NCBI GenBank assembly: GCA_023459675.1
Contig: JAEWTC010000088.1
Coordinates: 1,157-65,156, forward strand
Length of the DNA stretch: 64,000 nucleotides
Direction of reading: 5' to 3'
Source of the DNA: Bacillota bacterium
Lineage (GTDB): Bacteria > Bacillota > Clostridia > Christensenellales > Aristaeellaceae
Numbering within the stretch: position 1 is the stretch's first letter; each line of letters starts with the position of its first letter. The position numbers and the translations under genes were made by a program. Below, piece after piece: positions 47,239 through 53,960 of this stretch. A model generated the notes under the pieces. That model had not been told where the DNA came from, did no database searches, and worked only from the letters and a program-made list of their open reading frames with translations.

Positions 47239-47272
47239 GAACATGGGAGGAGCCTGAGCCTCTCCCATGTTC
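47239..47272 (-). terminator. Perfect 11-bp hairpin just downstream of the binding-protein gene (attenuator / mRNA-stabilising stem)
   Basis: GAACATGGGAG (47239-47249) / CTCCCATGTTC (47262-47272). On the minus strand it is followed by the T-rich TTCCTTATAT. Confidence 0.55.
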
Positions 47273-47317
47273 CTCTAAGGTTACTGAACCAAATGCAGAT
47301 GGGGTGATTGCGAGCTC

Positions 47318-48295
47318 TTAGTAGGCGCGGGCGTCCAGCACTTCCTGGGTCATGGTGGTGGCAAGCGCGGAGGTGATGCCCGGGGCTACGAACGCCTGGT
47401 CAACCACGAGCGTGAAGGCGGGCACGGTTTCGCCGGCTTCCAGCTTCATGATGACGTCTTTGGCGTAACCAGCCTGCAGGGGGTTGCACTCTACGTTGCA
47501 GTGGAAGTCGCCATCCAGCGTGTACTGGAGGCCTGCGTGCGTCGCATCGTAGGAGATGATGATCACGTCGCCGTCGGTGCCGTAGGTGATGCCGGCGGCA
47601 TCCATGGCATCCATCGCGCCGTACGCCATGTTGTCGTTCTGGGCAACGATGACGTTGAACTGGCCTTCATAGGACTTGATGAAGCTTTCCATAACCTGCT
47701 GTCCGCCGGCCTGGGTGAAGTCGCCGCTCTGGCTGTCGATGAGCGTCCATTCGGGATGCGCGGCCATGATCTCGTTGAAGCCGTTGGTGCGGCCGATTGC
47801 CGCGCTGGAACCAACGCTGCCCTCGAGCACGAGGATGTTGGCGGCGGCGCCGTTTAAGTATTCGGCAAGCCATTTGCCGGCGGTCTGGCCTTCGGCGACC
47901 ATGTCGGTGCCGATGGCGGTGGTGTAGAGATCAGCGGGCGCATCAACGCTGCGGTCCACGATCAGCACGGGGATGCCTGCGGCCTGCGCTTCGGCAAGCA
48001 CGGTATCCCAGCCAGCGCTCTGGATGGGGGCGATGCAGATGTAATCAAGGTCCTGCTCGATGAAGCTGCGCACAGCCTCAAGCTGGACGACGTGATCGTT
48101 GTCCGCATCGACGAAGGACAGTTCAAAGCCGTTCTCGGCGGAGAATACGGATTTGAAGTCTTCGGTGTTGGCGTTACGCCAGTCGCTTTCGTGGCCGACC
48201 TGCGCGTAGCCGACGGTGATGACGTCTGCGGATGCCGTTGCGACCATGGCCAAAGCCATTGCCAGCACCATCACAAGAGAAAGAAGTTTTTTCAT
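47318..48295 (-). CDS. Sugar ABC transporter substrate-binding protein (YtfQ-like, galactofuranose/arabinose-type)
   Basis: ATG 48295 (MKKLLSLVMVLAMALAMVATASA signal peptide) with GGAGG 7 nt upstream. VGYAQVGHESDWRNANT resembles the YtfQ N-terminal strand. Confidence 0.85.
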   Translation of the reverse strand: MKKLLSLVMVLAMALAMVATASADVITVGYAQVGHESDWRNANTEDFKSVFSAENGFELSFVDADNDHVVQLEAVRSFIEQDLDYICIAPIQSAGWDTVLAEAQAAGIPVLIVDRSVDAPADLYTTAIGTDMVAEGQTAGKWLAEYLNGAAANILVLEGSVGSSAAIGRTNGFNEIMAAHPEWTLIDSQSGDFTQAGGQQVMESFIKSYEGQFNVIVAQNDNMAYGAMDAMDAAGITYGTDGDVIIISYDATHAGLQYTLDGDFHCNVECNPLQAGYAKDVIMKLEAGETVPAFTLVVDQAFVAPGITSALATTMTQEVLDARAY

Positions 48296-48484
48296 GGAAG
48301 TGCCTCCTTTTTTCAATTGGGGACGATTGCCGCTGTCCCCTCATAGTGTCACCATTGTAATATTTTCAAGGCATGCGAAAAATACACGCCTTTCAGGACT
48401 TGGTTGAGTATTTTATGAAGTTTTGGGGGGCGCCTGGAGGCGGGCAGGGAAAGGGGTGAAATTTTCCGCGCGAACGGGATGATA

Positions 48485-50077
48485 TTACGAAGCGCTTTGC
48501 TTGCGGAAATCCCGGGGCGACATATCCATATATTTCTTGAACAGATAGCTGAAATAGTGCGGGTCGTTGTAGCCGATGCTCGCGGCGACGTCCGACGTGC
48601 GCATCTGCTGGTCGCGCAGCAGCTCCTTGGCTTTCTCAATGCGCAGCATGGTAATGTACTCGGTAAAGGTAACGCCGGTCTCCTGCGAGAAAATGGTGCA
48701 GAAGTGGTTGTTGGACAGCGCCACCTCGTTGGCGACCTGCCGGAGGGTGAGCTCCGGGTTGGCATAATGCTCGCCGATATAGGCTTTCGCCTTGCGAATC
48801 AGCACGCCGTAGCGTTCGGAGCCCTGCTCGTCGCGAAACTCCAGCGCTTTGCCGATCACCTCTTTGGCTAGCTCCAGGGTATCGTCCACCCCCACGGTGA
48901 CGGCGGTTTTGCCTTCCGGCTGGAACGCCGCGGGGATTACGTCCTGGGGCACGCCCCCGCAATCGCGCACGATGCGGGACGCCACCAGCACGATGTCCAC
49001 AAACAGATAATTGATGAACAGCTTGCTCTTCACCGCGGATTCGCCGATCTCCCCGAAGTACTCGGCGAGAATGCCGTCGATATCCGCGCGGTTGGCGTGG
49101 CGCAGGCGCTCGTACATTTTGGGCATTTTCACGTCCATCAGCGAAAGGCTTTCCGCGGGCGCGATATCCAGCACGCCCAGAATGCGCCGGTCCTGGTTCC
49201 CCTTTTCCAGCTCCACCATGGTGGAAAGCAGCGTGCACGCCTCGCGATAGGACTCGGGCACCTTATAAAGGAAGTTGACCGTCGTACCGATGGTGACCAT
49301 GGGCTTGAGCGCGGTGTTGCGCTCGATGTCGTATTTCACGGACTGCGCAAGCCCGTAGGTGCGCTCCTCCACGTCGGCGTCGTCGTCGCCCATAATCAAA
49401 AGCACGAAACGCCCCTGCAGCTGGCACATGAACGCGGCGCCGCCGCTGTTGTTGGCCAGGCGCAGGATCACGCTTTCCGCGGAGCGGAGGTCTTCCATCT
49501 GCGCCGCAACCTTGCCGGGGTCGATCACCATCACCAGATAGCGCTTGGCCGTAAGCCCCGTATGCAGCGCCCGCGCGCGCCGGATGATTTCACCCTCCGG
49601 TACGCCGGAAATGAGATCGCTCAACAGCTTCTGCTTGAGAAGCTCCGTGGAGGACGCCAGCTGGTCGCGGTAGAGGCGGAGGTTTGCCTGCTGCTGCTTT
49701 TCGGCGCGGATGCCTTCCGCCATCCGCGTGAGCACCTTGCGCAATTCCTGGGAGCTGACGGGTTTCAGCAGATATTCCTTCACGCCGATGGAGATCGCTT
49801 CCTTGGCGTAGGCGAAATCATCGTACCCGGAGATGATGATGATGTACATCCAGGGCATGGTGGCGCTGAGCGCGCGGCAAAGCGCAAGGCCGTCCATAAA
49901 CGGCATGCGGATGTCGGTGATCAGGATATCGGGTTTGATGTCCTGGAGCATCGAAAGCGCCATTTCGCCGTCCGACGCTTCCCCCACCAGGGAAAAATCC
50001 GTTTCTTCCCACGGGAAATTGTTGCGGATGCCTTCGCGCACGACGATCTCATCGTCAGCCAGAAATACCCTGTACAT
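48485..50077 (-). CDS. Two-component response regulator, receiver + AraC-type HTH (YesN-like)
   Basis: ATG 50077 with GGGAGG RBS. Receiver domain (VFLADDE...DILITDIRMPFMDG) and C-terminal AraC HTH (LTLRQVANEVALSNNHFCTIF...IGYNDPHYFSYLFKK). Confidence 0.9.
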   Translation of the reverse strand: MYRVFLADDEIVVREGIRNNFPWEETDFSLVGEASDGEMALSMLQDIKPDILITDIRMPFMDGLALCRALSATMPWMYIIIISGYDDFAYAKEAISIGVKEYLLKPVSSQELRKVLTRMAEGIRAEKQQQANLRLYRDQLASSTELLKQKLLSDLISGVPEGEIIRRARALHTGLTAKRYLVMVIDPGKVAAQMEDLRSAESVILRLANNSGGAAFMCQLQGRFVLLIMGDDDADVEERTYGLAQSVKYDIERNTALKPMVTIGTTVNFLYKVPESYREACTLLSTMVELEKGNQDRRILGVLDIAPAESLSLMDVKMPKMYERLRHANRADIDGILAEYFGEIGESAVKSKLFINYLFVDIVLVASRIVRDCGGVPQDVIPAAFQPEGKTAVTVGVDDTLELAKEVIGKALEFRDEQGSERYGVLIRKAKAYIGEHYANPELTLRQVANEVALSNNHFCTIFSQETGVTFTEYITMLRIEKAKELLRDQQMRTSDVAASIGYNDPHYFSYLFKKYMDMSPRDFRKQSAS

Positions 50078-51533
50078 TGTTGTTCCTCCCAAACGGCACG
50101 CTCAGCCGGACCGTTGTGCCGGCCTCGCTGGAGTCGATCTGCAGGCCTTTTTGCTGGTTATAGTAAAGCTGGATGCGTTTGTTGACGTTGATCAGCCCGA
50201 AGAACGGGCGCTCCGTGGGGTCCGCCGCGTCCGAAGCCAGGCTTTCGCGCACCTGCCGCAGCCGCTCGGGGGACATCCCGGCGCCGTTGTCGGTAACGGA
50301 CAGCTCCATCCGCCCGTCCTGCTCCCGCCCGATGATGCGCACCCAACCCTTGCCCCGGCGGTGCTTGATGCCGTGGTAAATGGCGTTTTCCACCAGCGGC
50401 TGGATGAGCAGCTTCAGGATTTCCTTGTGGTAGAGCTCCTCGGGGATATCGATCTCGTAATCCAGAATATCGCGGTAGCGGATCTTCTGGATGGTCAGGT
50501 ACCCCTGCAGGTGCTTGACTTCGTCGGCCAGGGGAATCCAATCCCGCCCCTGCGAAAGCGAGATGCGGAAGAAATCGGACATCGCCTGCGTAACGTGGAT
50601 CACCTCTTCGGTGCGTCCCGCCTCGGCCAGCCATACGATGGCGTCCAGCGTGTTGTACAAGAAATGCGGGGTGATCTGCGCCTGCAGGGTGCGCAGCTCG
50701 CTGCGTTTGAGGTTCTCCTGCTCACGCCGGTTTTCGTCGATCAGCCGCTGGAGCTTGCCCGCCATGATGTTGAGGCTTTCGGTAAGGCCCTGCAGCTCGG
50801 TCACCCGCGGGTTTTGCACGCGCGCCTGCAGATTGCCGATCGCGATGGAGGCCGCCATGCTCTCCAGATCCGCGATGGGCGTACGCACCGCCTGCGACAG
50901 CGAACGCTGCGCAAGCACCGCGAACGCCACCGTCAGCGCCAGCAGAACGCCGATCAGCAGCATGATCTGCGACAGGCGCTGCTGCAATAGACGGCTGGTT
51001 TGCGTGGCGGCGCTGATTTCCACGGTGATGTACTTTTGCAGCATATCGCCCACAAGGGAGGAAACGCTTCGCACCTCTTCCAAAAGCGCTTCGTTCTGCG
51101 ATACCAGCGCGCCGCTGGCAATCTGCTCTCCCATGCGGTCGATGTAGGTTTTCAGCGTGTCCATGGTGCGCCGCGCAACGGTGAGTTCCACCGAGCCGCC
51201 GCCGGTGGCGGTTTTCGTGAGCGTTTCAATCGTTTGGTTGACCTCGTCCATCAGCGCATACTGGCGGCCCTGGGCGAATTTCGTCCGCCCGGCGACAATG
51301 CTCCACATCTCGTCGGGAATATCGGAATTGACCAACGGGCGGATGGACGCGACCCTGTCCACTTGGAGGATGGCCTGGTGGTAGCTGTTGGCGTAGCTGT
51401 TCATCATCACGATGCTGAACACCGCGGGGATGAGCATCAGCGCCATGATGACGATAAAGCTGAACTGGATGCGGTTGGCCAGGCTGTTGCCCACGCGCAG
51501 GCGGTCAAACACCTTGTGAAACAGCGTAACCAT
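50055..51533 (-). CDS. Sensor histidine kinase (YesM/LytS type: TM-sensor-TM, HAMP, His_kinase, HATPase)
   Basis: QITPHFLYNTLD phospho-acceptor box, HAMP segment, C-terminal ATPase (VTDNGAGM). Overlaps the regulator gene by 23 nt. Confidence 0.9.
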   Translation of the reverse strand: MVTLFHKVFDRLRVGNSLANRIQFSFIVIMALMLIPAVFSIVMMNSYANSYHQAILQVDRVASIRPLVNSDIPDEMWSIVAGRTKFAQGRQYALMDEVNQTIETLTKTATGGGSVELTVARRTMDTLKTYIDRMGEQIASGALVSQNEALLEEVRSVSSLVGDMLQKYITVEISAATQTSRLLQQRLSQIMLLIGVLLALTVAFAVLAQRSLSQAVRTPIADLESMAASIAIGNLQARVQNPRVTELQGLTESLNIMAGKLQRLIDENRREQENLKRSELRTLQAQITPHFLYNTLDAIVWLAEAGRTEEVIHVTQAMSDFFRISLSQGRDWIPLADEVKHLQGYLTIQKIRYRDILDYEIDIPEELYHKEILKLLIQPLVENAIYHGIKHRRGKGWVRIIGREQDGRMELSVTDNGAGMSPERLRQVRESLASDAADPTERPFFGLINVNKRIQLYYNQQKGLQIDSSEAGTTVRLSVPFGRNNNVQGISG

Positions 51534-51535
51534 GC

Positions 51536-52519
51536 TCAGTATCCCCTTGGCGGAAGCGACGCGAGATCTTCATCAAACTCCGTAAAGGAGCGCTCCACGG
51601 AATACGTATCCCGCGGGATGGGCTCGCCCGCCGCCAGTTTTTTGGCAAGCTCCATGATGATATCGCCGATCAGCGGCGTACATTCCACCACGCAGTTGAT
51701 CTTGCCCGCGCGCAGAAGGTCGATCGCCTCCTGCTCCCCGTCCACGGTGATGATGACGATATCCTTCCCGGGCTCCAGCCCGGCCTCCTCAATGGCCTCG
51801 ATCGCGCCGAAGGTCATGGCGTCGTTATGGGAATAGAGCACGTCGATATCGTCGTGACGCTGTAAAAGGCTCTGCATGCACTCCTTGCCTTTGGAGCGCA
51901 GAAAATCGCCCGAGATGCTTTCGAGGATCGTGAACCGGTCATCGCCCTCCAACACGCTTCGAAAGCCGGAGGCACGCTGGCGCATGGGGGTGGAATCAAG
52001 CGTACCCGAGATTTCCACGATGTTCACATGCTCCGCGTCCTTCATTTTTTCCAGCAGAAAACGCCCGGCGCGCAGGCCTTCGGACAGGAAATCGGACCCG
52101 ACAAACCCCACGTACAGGCTATCGTCCGCGGTTACGATGCGGCGGTCGGTAATCAGCACGGGGATACCCGCGGCCTTCGCTTCCAGAAGCACGTTATCCC
52201 AGCCGTCCTCCACGTTTGGCGCGAAGGCGATCACATCCACCTGATAGGCGATGAACGAGCGGATGGCTTTGATCTGATTTTCCTGCTTCTGCTCGGCGTT
52301 TTCAAACATCAGCTGCACGCCAGAACGCCGGGCGGCGTCCTGAATATCCTTGGTGTTGCCAAGCCGCCATCCGCTTTCCGAGCCCAGCTGCGAAAACCCG
52401 AGCAGCACGCCCGCCTTTCCGGGCTGATCGACGGTTTCCCCGCCGTTTGTACAGCCCGTGAGCAGCGCCGCGCAAAAAGCCGCCGCCACGGCGAATATCC
52501 TGAGCGCACGATGTTTCAA
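51536..52519 (-). CDS. Periplasmic sugar-binding-protein-like lipoprotein encoded with the kinase (sensor co-receptor)
   Basis: I prefer TTG 52519 (GGGAGGAAG 7 nt upstream), giving (M)KHRALRIFAVAAAFCAALLTGC with a lipobox. The track extension to 52732 runs into the repeat region. LGFSQLGSESGWRLGNT is paralogous to the transporter SBP. Confidence 0.75.
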   Translation of the reverse strand: MKHRALRIFAVAAAFCAALLTGCTNGGETVDQPGKAGVLLGFSQLGSESGWRLGNTKDIQDAARRSGVQLMFENAEQKQENQIKAIRSFIAYQVDVIAFAPNVEDGWDNVLLEAKAAGIPVLITDRRIVTADDSLYVGFVGSDFLSEGLRAGRFLLEKMKDAEHVNIVEISGTLDSTPMRQRASGFRSVLEGDDRFTILESISGDFLRSKGKECMQSLLQRHDDIDVLYSHNDAMTFGAIEAIEEAGLEPGKDIVIITVDGEQEAIDLLRAGKINCVVECTPLIGDIIMELAKKLAAGEPIPRDTYSVERSFTEFDEDLASLPPRGY

Positions 52520-52626
52520 ATTCGTTCTTCCTCCCTGCCGCGATCCATGGGCACACGCAAAACGAACGCGTTGGGTTCCACTTCTCTGCGCAACAGCATA
52601 CCGCATTTCCCTTGTTATTTCAACAA

Positions 52627-52745
52627 CAACGAAGGCGAGCGTATGCCCTGCGGGCATTTGCACGCAGTGCAAAACGAACTGGAGTTGGGAGCTTTGGCAA
52701 AGTACGGCGACCGGGAGGGAACCGTACGACAATCAAAGCGAGTGG
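52627..52745. repeat. Repeat family A, copy 1 (~119 nt, three hairpins)
   Basis: Aligns along its full length with 52746-52865 and 53022-53140. Hairpins at 52643-52657, 52657-52673 and 52702-52727. Confidence 0.85.
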
Positions 52746-52865
52746 CAACGAAGGGAAGCGTATGCCCTGCGAGCATTTCGGCGAAGCTGAAAGCGACCCG
52801 GAGATGGGAGCTTTGACAAAGCACAGCAACCGTGTCAGGTTGCTGTGCGACAATCAAAGCGAGTG
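52746..52865. repeat. Repeat family A, copy 2 (direct tandem with copy 1)
   Basis: Same architecture. H2 at 52776-52792. H3 is replaced by a different perfect 11-bp stem at 52821-52848. Confidence 0.85.
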
Positions 52866-52877
52866 TATTCCGAGATC

Positions 52878-52950
52878 GAGCGTGCGAGAGGCGACAGCTT
52901 TTGTACAACAAAAACGTCACCACGAACTGAGCGCAGTCCGCAGCTAAACC
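52878..52950. repeat. Repeat family B, copy 1 (degenerate terminator-like module)
   Basis: GAGCGTGCGAGAGGCGACAGCTTTTGTACAACAAAAACGTCACCACGAACTGAGCGCAGTCCGCAG aligns with 53318-53390. Its right flank (to ~53000) also resembles the flank of copy 2. Confidence 0.75.
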
Positions 52951-53021
52951 GTACCCTAGTCCATCGTTCTGCGTCCAATCCCACGTATAAACGCCGAGAA
53001 ACCTGTTTCGAGGCGAAGAGG

Positions 53022-53140
53022 AATCGAAGGAAAGCGTATGCCCTGCGGGCATTTCGGCGCAGCCGAAAGCGATCCGGAGATGGGAGCTTTGGCAGAGTAC
53101 GGTGACCGGGAGGGAACCGTACGACAATCAAAGCGAGTGG
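53022..53140. repeat. Repeat family A, copy 3
   Basis: Hairpins at 53038-53052 (approx.), 53052-53068 and 53097-53122. Closest to copy 1 except for a fully compensated H2. Confidence 0.85.
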
Positions 53141-53186
53141 ACGCCGCGACGCAATGAATGAGCGGTGGTTTTTTCTAAAAGAAGAA

Positions 53187-53224
53187 GCCGCCGCGAACTG
53201 AGCGCAGTCCGCGGATAAAACCGT
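53187..53224. repeat. Repeat family B, copy 2 (partial)
   Basis: GCCGCCGCGAACTGAGCGCAGTCCGCGGATAAAACCGT shares the core CGCGAACTGAGCGCAGTCCGCGG with copy 3 and the TAAA(A)CCGT flank with copy 1. Confidence 0.7.
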
Positions 53225-53317
53225 TCCCTTGTCTATCGGCCGTCATTCATCATTCCTCGTCCTAACCCTCGTAAAGCCGCATCAAAGCAAGCTTTGATGC
53301 GAGGAGGAGCCGCGACG

Positions 53318-53390
53318 GAGCGTGTGAGAGGCGACGGCTTTTGTGCAACAAAAACGTCGCCGCGAACTGAGCGCAGTCCGCGGCGACGAC
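53318..53390. repeat. Repeat family B, copy 3 (abuts the 3' end of tRNA-Gly)
   Basis: Best-preserved copy. Contains the tRNA-operon terminator (see 53346-53387). Confidence 0.8.
53346..53387 (-). terminator. Rho-independent terminator of the tRNA operon
   Basis: Minus strand: GTCGCCGCG-14 nt loop-CGCGGCGAC (perfect 9 bp; plus-strand arms 53356-53364 / 53379-53387) followed by GTTTTTGTTG. Confidence 0.7.
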
Positions 53391-53464
53391 TGGAGCGGGT
53401 GATGGGAATCGAACCCACGTGGCCAGCTTGGAAGGCTGGAACTCTGCCATTGAGCTACACCCGC
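53391..53464 (-). tRNA. tRNA-Gly (anticodon UCC)
   Basis: Reverse complement GCGGGTGTAGCTCAATGGCAGAGTTCCAGCCTTCCAAGCTGGCCACGTGGGTTCGATTCCCATCACCCGCTCCA folds as a cloverleaf. Anticodon loop CTTCCAA, TTCGATT T-loop, encoded CCA. Confidence 0.95.
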
Positions 53465-53505
53465 GTGTACGAGCTCCGGCCGCACAACCTGTACCGAGAA
53501 AAAAA

Positions 53506-53580
53506 TGGAGCGGTAGACGAGATTCGGACTCGCGACATCCACCTTGGCAAGGTGGCACTCTACCACTGAGCTACTACCGC
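53506..53580 (-). tRNA. tRNA-Gly (anticodon GCC)
   Basis: Reverse complement GCGGTAGTAGCTCAGTGGTAGAGTGCCACCTTGCCAAGGTGGATGTCGCGAGTCCGAATCTCGTCTACCGCTCCA. Anticodon loop TTGCCAA, encoded CCA. Confidence 0.95.
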
Positions 53581-53598
53581 ATGCTCCATCATTCGAAT

Positions 53599-53684
53599 TG
53601 GTGCGGACGAAGAGACTTGAACTCTTACGCCTTTGAGGGCACTGGAACCTAAATCCAGCGCGTCTGCCATTCCGCCACGCCCGC
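53599..53684 (-). tRNA. tRNA-Leu (anticodon UAG)
   Basis: Reverse complement GCGGGCGTGGCGGAATGGCAGACGCGCTGGATTTAGGTTCCAGTGCCCTCAAAGGCGTAAGAGTTCAAGTCTCTTCGTCCGCACCA. Long variable arm, anticodon loop TTTAGGT, encoded CCA. Confidence 0.95.
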
Positions 53685-53791
53685 AGCAAATGCGCCCGGT
53701 TCAAAGCGCGCTGCCGTGCGAAGCGAGCGCTCAGGCGAGGGACGCACCCGTTGCGGCAGGCAGCCATGCGCACCGTTTCGCAACGGAGGAT

Positions 53792-53821
53792 AGTATACAA
53801 TAAACACGGTCCGGCTGTCAA
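53792..53821 (-). promoter_or_regulatory. Promoter of the tRNA operon
   Basis: Minus strand: TTGACA (53821-53816), 18-nt spacer, TATACT (53797-53792). About 100-nt leader before tRNA-Leu. Confidence 0.55.
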
Positions 53822-53872
53822 CTTCAGCCCTTCAGAAACCGGCGATTTTTTTACGGCCGCCGCCGGATAATG

Positions 53873-53909
53873 AGGCTGCCCGCCCCCATCGACGGCGGGC
53901 GGGCAGCCT
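53873..53909 (-). terminator. Perfect 13-bp GC-rich hairpin after the YtrA-type ABC operon (terminator without a clear U-tract)
   Basis: AGGCTGCCCGCCC (53873-53885) / GGGCGGGCAGCCT (53897-53909), 11-nt loop, ~50 nt downstream of the permease stop. Confidence 0.4.
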
Positions 53910-53960
53910 GTGCGTTCATCCTCCCGTTTCAAACGCAGCAGAGGACGCATCCGCGTGGGT

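Noticed and set aside
51536-52732. N-terminal extensions offered by the ORF track: 631->754, 4572->4647, 5821->6088, 6465->6768, 12553->12493, 19855->19906, 21768->21846, 25695->25620, 28250->28316, 29018->29114, 31599->31524, 44904->44556, 47230->47149, 52732->52519, 58748->58466.
   Set aside because: The extensions overlap upstream genes, promoters, terminators or repeats and lack RBSs. The internal starts have well-spaced Shine-Dalgarno sequences, family-typical N-termini or signal peptides, and often ATGA/TAATG coupling overlaps.
52643-53157. Small ORFs starting at the ATG inside each family-A repeat, each with a GAAGG 7 nt upstream: MPCGHLHAVQNELELGAL.. (52643-52816), MPCEHFGEAESDPEMGAL.. 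(52762-52947) and MPCGHFGAAESDPEMGAL.. (53038-53157). I considered tandem precursor peptides.
   Set aside because: Differences between copies are mostly non-synonymous and fall in pairs that preserve base-pairing (H2, H3). The ORFs end at unrelated positions and lengths, and the tandem period (119-120 nt) breaks the frame. No modification or export genes are nearby. RNA/DNA structure explains the conservation better than a peptide. This remains testable by Ribo-seq.
53282-53950. 222-aa minus-strand ORF and other ORFs spanning the tRNA genes.
   Set aside because: They read straight through three tRNA genes and their promoter, so they are an artefact of open frames in GC-rich sequence.
52520-53960. 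Integrated mobile element or genomic island at the tRNA cluster.
   Set aside because: No integrase, transposase or phage genes lie on either side. No duplicated tRNA 3' segment (att-like direct repeat) was found. Only the short non-coding A/B repeats are present.
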